This document shows, one piece after another, positions 19,887 through 28,696 of a DNA stretch of 64,000 nt. Positions within the stretch are counted from its first letter, which is position 1; every line of letters begins with the position of its first letter. The DNA is from Candidatus Altimarinota bacterium (GTDB lineage Bacteria > Patescibacteriota > Gracilibacteria > CAIRYL01), in assembly GCA_965250085.1 (NCBI GenBank), contig OZ252287.1:1304808-1368807 (forward strand), read 5' to 3'. Both the position numbers and the translations under genes were made by a program. Below the pieces are notes generated by a model. The model worked only from the letters and a program-made list of their open reading frames with translations, was not told the origin of the DNA and ran no database searches.

Positions 19887-20717
19887 TCAATTTCTCTGTT
19901 GCTTAAAGTTGCTTACCACATCTTTCCAGTTTTGATTTGAGCAATTAGTAAAGCTTTCACCTGAGTCATTCCACAGAGCGTCAAAAAGAGAACGCTCATG
20001 ATTTGCAATGTTTTGATCCCTGAGTATGGTAACTTTGTTCTCACGGGAAGAATAAAAGCTCAAATTGTCATTCCACACCACCTTGTAGCCATGCATGATA
20101 TTGGGATCATCGGGAATAAATTTGCAGAGGAGAGGAGCAGCTGTAGTTTCTTTTACATAGACATCTTCCACATACTTGCGTGCGTATGGAGTATCGACAA
20201 AAAGAAATCGTGTGGGGAGTCCAATTTCTGCTTTTTTTGGAAAATATATATTTTTGAGATATTTGTTTATCTTTGGCACAAGTTCTTCAATCTTCACTAT
20301 TTCAAGCATCTCTGTTTGAGCCGTTTCTAAAATCAAGTCACACCACGTTTCGATCCCCTTGTGTCCGTCAAGTATATTGACTCTATACTCGAGTGATTCG
20401 TGTCGGTGCATCCGCCTGAGCTCTGGAAGATATTCTTCAAACTTGAGCTCTTTTTTTCTCAATTCTCGCTGAGCTCGCTTCAAATTTTCACGCAAATGAT
20501 CAGGGCTTCGAGCTGAAATAACACGTTTTACTCCTTTTATACCCTCAATGAGAAAGCCACTCTTCACAAGTTTTTCTGTTACCACGTGTATGATACTTCT
20601 GTTTAATCGAGCTCTCTTTGCAGCCTGCAAAATAGATCCCTCTCCAAGCTCCAAAAATGCAAAATACACTTTTGCCTCGTTTTTCGTGAACCCAATTTTT
20701 TGAAGTATTTCAATCAT
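19887..20717 (-). CDS. TrmB-family transcriptional regulator
   Basis: LQKIGFTKNEAKVYFAFLELG winged-HTH start; C-terminal effector-type domain ending FDALW. Confidence 0.85.
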   Translation of the reverse strand: MIEILQKIGFTKNEAKVYFAFLELGEGSILQAAKRARLNRSIIHVVTEKLVKSGFLIEGIKGVKRVISARSPDHLRENLKRAQRELRKKELKFEEYLPELRRMHRHESLEYRVNILDGHKGIETWCDLILETAQTEMLEIVKIEELVPKINKYLKNIYFPKKAEIGLPTRFLFVDTPYARKYVEDVYVKETTAAPLLCKFIPDDPNIMHGYKVVWNDNLSFYSSRENKVTILRDQNIANHERSLFDALWNDSGESFTNCSNQNWKDVVSNFKQQRN

Positions 20718-20874
20718 TGTTATAAATACTATAACGTTTTCTTATTTATAAATAAACAAATAACAAAAAATGTTGTTATAGATATAACACTTTTTAGAGC
20801 ATGTATTTTGCTCCATAAAAAGCCGTATTCATGGAAATAAAAGTGATTTTTTTATAGAAATGTGACAAAAGATT

Positions 20875-22629
20875 ATGTTCCGAGAAAATAAAAACACTTT
20901 TTACCTTCTTGTGAATATTTGCCTCAATTGCTCCAACAGTTTCTCAATTACTGATACAGATCGAGCATTTTATCAAAAAATAGATGTTTCTGAGCCGACA
21001 CTTTGTCCAGACTGCCGTCAACAGAGAAGACTTGCCTGGAGAAATGAAAGACAAATGTATCGTCGCAGGTGTGATGCAACCGGAAAGGAAATTATTTCCA
21101 TGTATCCATCGGATTCTCCATTCAAGGTATACGAGCAAGATGTCTGGTGGTCAGACACATGGAATGCACTCGAGTACGGAAGAGAGTTTGATTTTTCCCG
21201 TCTATTTTTTGAGCAATTTCGAGAGTTGCAGTTGGAAGTCCCAAGATTAGCACTGGTGAACAAACAGAGCGAAAATGCCCACTATACCAATCACGCGGCA
21301 AAGAATAAAAATTGCTATCTCTCTGGCTGTGTCTTTAACTCCGAAGATCTCTACTATTCAGACTGGGTAATGGGATGCCGCGACCTTGTGGACTGCTCAT
21401 ACATGCTTGAAGGATCTGAACTGTGTTATGAGGTGTATTACGCTTGGAACAGCTATGAATGTGCGTTCTGTGATTTTATCAAGCAGTGTCAAAACCTCTG
21501 GTTCTGCTATGACTGCGTGGGTTCAAGTGATTGTTTTCTCTGTTCGAATCTCAGGAATAAAAAATACTGCATTCGAAACAAGCAGTACACCAAAGAAGAA
21601 TATGAAAAAGAGATGAAAAAAATACTGCCATTTTCATATTCCACTCTTCAGAAATATAGAAAAGAATATATTAAAATGAAAGATACCCAGGCAATTCGCC
21701 CAGCTATGTATTACATGCAAGTAGAGAACTCGAGTGGAGATCTGCTGTTTTCTACCAAAAACTGTCATGCCTCATATGATTCCATCAATGGAGAAGACTC
21801 TAGGTATTGCTATGACGCTATAGACGTAAAAGACGTGATGGATGTCTATCATATAGGATGGGCAGAGCTCATGTATGAATGCCATGCCATTAGCAATGGA
21901 TATAATTGCAGATTTTGCCATTTTACATATGATTGTTCTCATGCCACTTACTCAGATGGTGCTCAAAATTGTAAAAATATATTTGGATGTGTGGGGCTTC
22001 ATAACGAGGAGTATTGTATTTTGAATAAAAAGTATTCTAAAAAGGAATATGAAGAATTGATGCCGAGAATAATTGAACATATGCGGAAAATCTCCCCTAC
22101 CCCCTCTTTACAAAAGAGGGGAACTTCCCCCTTAGAAAAAGGGGGACTCAGGGGGATTTCTGAATACGGTGAATTCTTTCCAATACAATTTGCTCCATTT
22201 GCCTATAATCAGTCTAGGGCTCAGGAATACTATCCGCTCACAAAAAAAGAAGCAGAAGATCAGGGAATTCCATGGTCAGACTACACAGCGCCGTTGCTGG
22301 AAGCATCTAAAATCATTCCTGCTCAAAAACTTCCAGAATATACGGCGGATATTCCAGATGATGTTCTGGATTGGGGAATAGAATGCGAAGTGACCGGAAA
22401 ACCATTTAAGCTTGTACAACGAGAGCTTGAGTTTTACCGAAAAACAGGTCTTCCGATCCCCAGAAGGCATCCAGACCAGAGGTATTCAGATCGTATGGAC
22501 CAAAGAAATCCTCGTAAAATTTTGGAATCACATTGCACGAAATGTAACAAAGAGATAGAGACCAGTTTTTCTCCTCAGCAGAAGGCAAAAGTGTATTGCG
22601 AGGCATGTTATCTTAATGCCGTATACTAA
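20875..22629 (+). CDS. Cys-rich zinc-ribbon/repeat protein of the large CPR family (start may be GTG 20911)
   Basis: CLNC, CPDCRQQRRLAWRNER, many CxxC repeats, EYGEFFP, CEVTGKPF, CTKC..YCEAC. Confidence 0.85.
   Translation: MFRENKNTFYLLVNICLNCSNSFSITDTDRAFYQKIDVSEPTLCPDCRQQRRLAWRNERQMYRRRCDATGKEIISMYPSDSPFKVYEQDVWWSDTWNALEYGREFDFSRLFFEQFRELQLEVPRLALVNKQSENAHYTNHAAKNKNCYLSGCVFNSEDLYYSDWVMGCRDLVDCSYMLEGSELCYEVYYAWNSYECAFCDFIKQCQNLWFCYDCVGSSDCFLCSNLRNKKYCIRNKQYTKEEYEKEMKKILPFSYSTLQKYRKEYIKMKDTQAIRPAMYYMQVENSSGDLLFSTKNCHASYDSINGEDSRYCYDAIDVKDVMDVYHIGWAELMYECHAISNGYNCRFCHFTYDCSHATYSDGAQNCKNIFGCVGLHNEEYCILNKKYSKKEYEELMPRIIEHMRKISPTPSLQKRGTSPLEKGGLRGISEYGEFFPIQFAPFAYNQSRAQEYYPLTKKEAEDQGIPWSDYTAPLLEASKIIPAQKLPEYTADIPDDVLDWGIECEVTGKPFKLVQRELEFYRKTGLPIPRRHPDQRYSDRMDQRNPRKILESHCTKCNKEIETSFSPQQKAKVYCEACYLNAVY
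22088..22159. repeat. Family A copy inserted in frame within a CDS
   Basis: 72 nt; encodes ISPTPSLQKRGTSPLEKGGLRGI. Confidence 0.88.
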
Positions 22630-22688
22630 GTATTGCCGAAGCCCTGAGCTTTATCGAAGGGTGAATCGTGTTATCTCTCAGAGGTGTA

Positions 22689-23645
22689 CTAATTTTCTGA
22701 AGCGATATATTTCTTATGAATTCTGACTCCAAAATATCCCACCGCCATCATGGCAAACCCAACGAGCACAAGGGCAAGGGGCCAGCCAAAACTAGAGGCA
22801 AAATATTCATCGGTAATGTAGAGCAGATACCCCATGAGAAAAAGCACTCCAAATGTGAGAAATGATTTGCTCTTGAGTTTTGTGCTGAGAAAGATAGTTC
22901 CAAAGGTTAAACCGGGATAAAGTATTTCCCAAAAAGCAGAGTCATCTATAAAACTGAAACAAGCTCCCAGTATTCCCAAGATACCAAAACCGTACAAAAA
23001 TCCAGTCAAAGCCTTTCTTTCGGGATGGTCTGCAAAGTGATATCCGAGCAACACATAACTGATACCAGCGGCAAGGGTCTGGTACTCCCAGATCTCTCTT
23101 ATGTGAAAAGCTGAGTTCTCCAAGAGTAATCCTGTAAAGGCAAAAAAGAGCCATGTAGCGAATATGATTCCAAAAAAGAGAAAGGTGTTATTTTTGTACA
23201 GCATATAAGAACTCAAGAACGTGGCGGTTAATATTCCAGATATTGTGCTTTGTGTCTCTCGTGATCCAATGTCCATGCCCGCAATATCAAAAGCGACATG
23301 AAGCCCGAGGGGTAAGAGGAGTGCAGACATGAGGAAAAAAACATATGCCAAACGTTTTGATCTGCCCTCATGAAAAAAGAGAAGCCCAGAAGTATAGGCG
23401 GCTATTCCAGAGCCAAGAGTAATCAGTATCTTGGTGAGATCGTTCAAAAGATCCCAGTTTTGAGCGACCAGTATGCAAATACCCAAAATCACAATTCCTC
23501 CACCAATATAAGAGAGAATATCTGACATATGCAGATGCCTTCCTCCTTTTGCACCAGATCGATAGGCATCCAAGATTTCATTCTTTGTCAGAGATTTGTC
23601 CTGTACTGCATTTTGAATTTGCTGGAGGAGTTCTTGTTTGTTCAT
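22689..23645 (-). CDS. DUF2157-like polytopic membrane protein
   Basis: LSYIGGGIVILGICILVAQNWDLL followed by many TM segments. Confidence 0.75.
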   Translation of the reverse strand: MNKQELLQQIQNAVQDKSLTKNEILDAYRSGAKGGRHLHMSDILSYIGGGIVILGICILVAQNWDLLNDLTKILITLGSGIAAYTSGLLFFHEGRSKRLAYVFFLMSALLLPLGLHVAFDIAGMDIGSRETQSTISGILTATFLSSYMLYKNNTFLFFGIIFATWLFFAFTGLLLENSAFHIREIWEYQTLAAGISYVLLGYHFADHPERKALTGFLYGFGILGILGACFSFIDDSAFWEILYPGLTFGTIFLSTKLKSKSFLTFGVLFLMGYLLYITDEYFASSFGWPLALVLVGFAMMAVGYFGVRIHKKYIASEN

Positions 23646-23772
23646 AGGAAGAGAAAAAATTTTTAATGTTCAATTTCTAATTTTCAAATAAATCCCAATT
23701 TCTAATTTTAAAAAATTGGTATTTAGAAATTATTTATAAAATTCAAAAATTAAAAATTATAAAATTGGAAGT

Positions 23773-24303
23773 TTATTCTTCAATCCATCCCAAAAATTTA
23801 AATCCATAGTAATACGATCCATTTCGAGTATTGACATCAATTTTTTTTCCCGCTCCGGATCCATCTTTTTTTCGAATCACATACCCAGAACCTCTATAAC
23901 CACCTCCAAAGACTTCACTGAAGAGGCTGTAGTTTCTTCTCGAATTGGTCACTTCAAACCCATCAGGAGAGACGCTGTTGGGATTGAGTTTGAAATTCTG
24001 AGCATCTTCAAAAGAAATAACGGTGCTGGTATTGGTCTCTGCATCATATGTATAGAGTACTGATTCATCGTATCGATATCTATACTGTTCTTTTTCTTTT
24101 TCCGTGGGCTCTCTTTTAACGACTGCACCATCTTCTACCACATATTTGGGAAAGCTATATGAATAGTTGTCTCCAGAGACATAGAGAAAATCATACTGAG
24201 GATCCAGAAACAACTGCGGCAAATAAATGCTCAGTGCTATAAATAGAGTCATCAATATTGGGATCAGGATCCCGATGAGAAGAGGAATATTCTTTTTCTT
24301 CAT
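23773..24303 (-). CDS. Hypothetical membrane-anchored protein
   Basis: N-terminal TM; PQYDFLY, SPDGF, FLGWI. Confidence 0.75.
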   Translation of the reverse strand: MKKKNIPLLIGILIPILMTLFIALSIYLPQLFLDPQYDFLYVSGDNYSYSFPKYVVEDGAVVKREPTEKEKEQYRYRYDESVLYTYDAETNTSTVISFEDAQNFKLNPNSVSPDGFEVTNSRRNYSLFSEVFGGGYRGSGYVIRKKDGSGAGKKIDVNTRNGSYYYGFKFLGWIEE

Positions 24304-24410
24304 GGTGTCATGATATGAAATATGTCATTGAGAAGCAAGTACCTCTTTACCAGTTGTCAGTAGATCAGTTGTTCATTTTATTGCCATGATTTTTGCTGAC
24401 AACTGACAAC

Positions 24411-26027
24411 TTATTTATTTACAACTTTTTTGAGTCTTTTTTTCACAAATTCTGCATCAAGGACTGAAAGCAAAAATCCGGCTTTTGGTCCCGAGTCACG
24501 TCCAAAGAATGCCTGATAGATGGGAACAAATATTTCCTTGGGAGAAATATTGAGTTTTTCTTTGAGCGTATGTAAAAATCCATGAATGGCTTCTCCGTCT
24601 GGATTTGAGTTTCCTTCAAAAAACTGCAGTATTTCAGCACAAACTTTTTTGTCTCCTTCAGAAAAGGCTCTTGTTATTTCTGGCAGCTCATCAGAAATTT
24701 GAAAGACAAATTGCTCTGGAGCCCAGAGGTCAAGCCATTTTTTGGCATATTCAGACCTTCGTTTTGCTTCAATGATTTCTCTTTCTGTCAGTTCAGCCCC
24801 CTTCATCTCTGTCACTTTTTCCAAAAAATCCATATGCGGCATCTGTACTAAAAATGATACTTCCCGAAATCGAGGAACAAACATCGGACTTATTTTTTTT
24901 CTGTTTTTTTCCAAATTTGAAACTTCAAAAATACGAGCAAAATCTTCTTTTCCTTCATGAGGCTTAAAATAAAGATCCGCCATTCGATCAAATGTATCAA
25001 AGAGATTTGGGATCGTGTCTCCTTCAGGGTCAAAGTCAACTGGCTGTCGTGCTTGCTTCCTTAGGAGCAATAAGCGTGTTATTTCTGGAGGGAGAAGGTC
25101 AGAAACCTCTTTGGCACTGGCTCCTTTGCCCTTAGAGCTCGACATTTTTTTGCCGCCAATGACAAAGAATTCATACGGAATATCAAATGGATTGGGATAA
25201 TCAAGTATTTCTTCACAAATGCGCTTACTGATATCTCGAGAGCCGCCTTTTGTGTAGTGATCTTTGCCAGCCCCCTCGATGTCTACTCCCATAACTTTAA
25301 ATTTTGCCGCCCATTCCACTTTCCACGGCAATTTCCCATTGCCATCAAAAGGGGAGATGCGGCCTTTTGTCTCGCATCCTTCTGCCCAGGATACGAGATT
25401 CTTTTTGCACTCAAAGCCAACGGTCTCTCCATCAAAATCAAAAACCATGGTCGTACCAATCTTGCCGCACTTGGGACACGCCACTTGGAGTGGCATCCAG
25501 TCATTTGGTTTTTCACTCTCAGCAACTTCTTTATAAATTTTGCGAATATCATTCGCATGTTCCAAGCATGTCCGAATGGCTTCATTGAATTTTCCAGACT
25601 TGTACTCATCGTGCAACCGATAAAACTGAGCATTGAATCCAATATGCTCTACGACTCCTATGAATTCTTCTGCATACATCTCTGCAAAGTTTTTTGCCTT
25701 TCCATCAGGAGAGGGGACAGAATAGAGAGGCTGCCCCAAATACTGAGTAAACTCCTTCTCGTGCTCAGGCGGCACATCATCCATGGGGTCAAAATCATTG
25801 ATTTCAAAGAGAAATTTTGCGTCTCTTCCTCGCTCTATGAGTATTTGCTCCATAATGCCGTGTACCGCAATTCCCCTCAAAGAACCTACATGAACTCGAC
25901 CGGAGCATGTTTTTTCATCACGAATAATCAGCGACTGACCACTTTTTATTTTTTCCGCATAGAGTTGCTCTATTTCATCACAGATTTGGTCTACCCAATA
26001 CATGGTGCTCTCAGAAAAATCAGACAA
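24411..26027 (-). CDS. lysS: Lysine--tRNA ligase, class I (start TTG 26027 or ATG 26003)
   Basis: SGRVHVGSLRG (HIGH-like), CPKCG, KLPWKVEW, GKDH, KMSSSKG. Confidence 0.93.
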   Translation of the reverse strand: MSDFSESTMYWVDQICDEIEQLYAEKIKSGQSLIIRDEKTCSGRVHVGSLRGIAVHGIMEQILIERGRDAKFLFEINDFDPMDDVPPEHEKEFTQYLGQPLYSVPSPDGKAKNFAEMYAEEFIGVVEHIGFNAQFYRLHDEYKSGKFNEAIRTCLEHANDIRKIYKEVAESEKPNDWMPLQVACPKCGKIGTTMVFDFDGETVGFECKKNLVSWAEGCETKGRISPFDGNGKLPWKVEWAAKFKVMGVDIEGAGKDHYTKGGSRDISKRICEEILDYPNPFDIPYEFFVIGGKKMSSSKGKGASAKEVSDLLPPEITRLLLLRKQARQPVDFDPEGDTIPNLFDTFDRMADLYFKPHEGKEDFARIFEVSNLEKNRKKISPMFVPRFREVSFLVQMPHMDFLEKVTEMKGAELTEREIIEAKRRSEYAKKWLDLWAPEQFVFQISDELPEITRAFSEGDKKVCAEILQFFEGNSNPDGEAIHGFLHTLKEKLNISPKEIFVPIYQAFFGRDSGPKAGFLLSVLDAEFVKKRLKKVVNK

Positions 26028-26144
26028 ATTGTAGCAGATTTTAAGGTGTCAAAAAGCGCCATTTGTGACGGGAAAAGATATTTTACTTGACAAAAATAAA
26101 TAAACAATGGTGTACTGTGCTAGTATTTTTTAAATTCCCTCATC

Positions 26145-26816
26145 ATGACACACACAGGAAGCCCTTCAGATTCAGGTAGTTTTTTGGATGGATATACTGA
26201 AACAGTAGAAAAAGAGCATGCTACTGGGGACGAACAGACAGAGCAAAAAACTCTGGAAAATGGGTTCACGGAAACGATGATTAAGATTCCTTTTGAGATG
26301 GAAGCATTGCCTGACCATAAAAAGACTAAGGCACTAAAAGAGCTCCTTATGGAAAACGGACTTAGACAAGGATTTGATTTTCAGGTTCTTACTCTTTTCA
26401 GTAAGGAACCATCGGTGCGGTTATATGTACACCCAGAGTCATTCGAGAGAGTACAGCGCGCTTTGGACAATTATCGAATACCATCAGAAAATGCACAGCC
26501 CCTCCCTACTAGTGTGGAGGATCTCCAAAAACTTATTGACTGGCTTAATCGCCGAAAGATAAGAAAATCCCGAAAAGATAAATTTGTATTGATTGAGGGC
26601 ATTCGCTATTCACCCATGGAGCTCATTGAAGCATTAAGAACAAGAATAAATATCACCCTTGCTGATAAACTTATAAAAGAGATAGAGGAGCAAGGATGTG
26701 AAAATATCGTTATGGCATTTGATAAGATGATTGAGAGACAAGAAAAAGATTTGCATAGAGAAGAACAAGAAGCAGCATACCAAAATATGGTAGTTACTTC
26801 TGGTGGAGGTCTATAG
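26145..26816 (+). CDS. Hypothetical protein
   Basis: 223-aa ORF; TTGACA at 26087. Confidence 0.7.
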   Translation: MTHTGSPSDSGSFLDGYTETVEKEHATGDEQTEQKTLENGFTETMIKIPFEMEALPDHKKTKALKELLMENGLRQGFDFQVLTLFSKEPSVRLYVHPESFERVQRALDNYRIPSENAQPLPTSVEDLQKLIDWLNRRKIRKSRKDKFVLIEGIRYSPMELIEALRTRINITLADKLIKEIEEQGCENIVMAFDKMIERQEKDLHREEQEAAYQNMVVTSGGGL

Positions 26817-26905
26817 TTGATTCGCCTTTTGTTGGTTCAAGTTTTCTCCTCTGGCGACGAACAAGTGCAACCTGAATCTTTCAGTTTCAATTATTTCTTT
26901 ATTTT

Positions 26906-27430
26906 ATGTCTCCATCTCATCAACAATCGAATTGTTTAGAACAGCTCACGGCATTTGAGACGGAGATAACAGTGAGTAAAGAGGACTGTAATGATATGGA
27001 AAGGCAACTCCAGCACTTTCCAGTATTTAATTCAGAATTACAGGATCGCATCCGTAATGTTCGCAAAGAACTAGAGCGCTTAGGTCTTTTGGTAGAAAAA
27101 CTCAAAAAATTCCAAGACATTAGAAGTAATAACCTGTGGAATGATCTTGAAGAGGAATTGTTGGAATTGACACCTGTCATGGAAGATTCACAAGCAGAAA
27201 GTGACTTTTCTCAAACAAAAAAAGTCCTTGTGTTGTCAAAGAACAGCAGAGAACAATCTCAAGCGCTAAGGAGTGCGATTCAAGCATTGATACAGTCAGG
27301 ATTAAAAACTTGTGGAAGAGATTTTTCTCAGGTACAGATCGATCTCGCTGGCATAAGGAGATCTATACAGCAAGTGCAAAATAGAGATGAAAGAGGTAGC
27401 ACTGGAAGAAAACCCACTTTAGAATCGTAG
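26906..27430 (+). CDS. Hypothetical coiled-coil protein
   Basis: 174-aa ORF rich in E/Q/L heptads. Confidence 0.65.
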   Translation: MSPSHQQSNCLEQLTAFETEITVSKEDCNDMERQLQHFPVFNSELQDRIRNVRKELERLGLLVEKLKKFQDIRSNNLWNDLEEELLELTPVMEDSQAESDFSQTKKVLVLSKNSREQSQALRSAIQALIQSGLKTCGRDFSQVQIDLAGIRRSIQQVQNRDERGSTGRKPTLES

Positions 27431-27547
27431 CAAGAGGAGGAAAGCTCGTTTAAACAGAAGAGAGTCTTGGAGCTTTGTGAATGAAAGACACGTTTTGACT
27501 TCGGCGTGTGTTTCGCTACACTGTTTCTGTTTTTAGAAAGAGAAGAC

Positions 27548-28516
27548 ATGAAACGCATTCTTACCGGATTACAACCTAGCGGAGAGTTGCATATCGGCAA
27601 TTATTTTGGCTCTATGAAGCCAAATCTAGAGCTAGCCGAGACACATGAGGCATTTATGACGATTGTAGATCTGCACGCACTGACGACGGTGCATGATGCT
27701 GCAAAACTTAGGAAATACAGCATTGATACAGCACTAGATTTGTTGGCATGTGGACTGGATCCCCAAAAGACGATCTTATTCTGCCAGAGCGATGTTCATG
27801 AGCATGCAGAGTTGACATGGATTTTTTCAACGATTACGCCATTAGGGCTTCTCGAAAGATCACATGCTTTTAAGGATAAAAAGGCAAGAGGACTAGAAGT
27901 AAATACCGGACTCTTTACCTATCCCATACTTATGGCGAGTGATATTTTGCTCTATGATCCACATTACGTACCAGTAGGAAAAGACCAGAAACAGCATGTG
28001 GAAATGGTGCGTGATATTGCACAAAAATTTAACAATACTTTTGGGGAAGCGTTTCCATTGCTTCCGGAGCCTATGATTTCTGAAGAGACCGGTGTTGTGC
28101 CGGGAATAGATGGACAAAAGATGTCCAAAAGTTATGGCAATACGATTGAAATATTTGATGATGAAGACGTTATGGAAAAAAAGATTATGAGCATTGTGAC
28201 CGACTCGAAAGGAGTAGATGAACCCAAAGACCCGGAAACATGTAATGTGTTCCAACTGGCAAAACTCTTCTTTAGCGAAAATGAACTGAGTGATTTGGAC
28301 CAAAAGTACAGAAATGGAGGATTTGGCTATGGTGATGCCAAAAAGTGGCTCTTTGAAAGAACACATGCATACTTCACCCCTTTTCGCACCAAAAGAGAAG
28401 ATTTTGAGAAAGAGATAGATGCAGTCCATCGCATTCTGGATGCCGGTGCGCAAAAAGCACGAGATATTGCTGGGGCAAAAATGAAAGTGGTGAAAGAAAT
28501 GGTGGGATTACAATGA
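27548..28516 (+). CDS. trpS: Tryptophan--tRNA ligase
   Basis: TGLQPSGELHIGNY, YPILMASDIL, VPVGKDQKQH, KMSKS. Confidence 0.96.
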   Translation: MKRILTGLQPSGELHIGNYFGSMKPNLELAETHEAFMTIVDLHALTTVHDAAKLRKYSIDTALDLLACGLDPQKTILFCQSDVHEHAELTWIFSTITPLGLLERSHAFKDKKARGLEVNTGLFTYPILMASDILLYDPHYVPVGKDQKQHVEMVRDIAQKFNNTFGEAFPLLPEPMISEETGVVPGIDGQKMSKSYGNTIEIFDDEDVMEKKIMSIVTDSKGVDEPKDPETCNVFQLAKLFFSENELSDLDQKYRNGGFGYGDAKKWLFERTHAYFTPFRTKREDFEKEIDAVHRILDAGAQKARDIAGAKMKVVKEMVGLQ

Positions 28517-28696
28517 ATTACGAATTATGAATGAAGCACAATATGTATTTTTTTTGAGACATAGTTTTTGAGAAAGATAGAAACCTTGGATTACTTCGAT
28601 TTTACTCAGTACGGGCAAGTCCGTGATGACCATAGGAAAATTCTTTTTGACATTGCTGTATAACTTCCAGTAGCCTTCGCTGCGAAAATTTGGAAA

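Noticed and set aside
25257-26090. 277-aa antisense ORF (also 7307-7924, 8855-9490, 27893-28453, 39186-39752)
   Set aside because: Shadow ORFs opposite well-supported genes, with no motifs.
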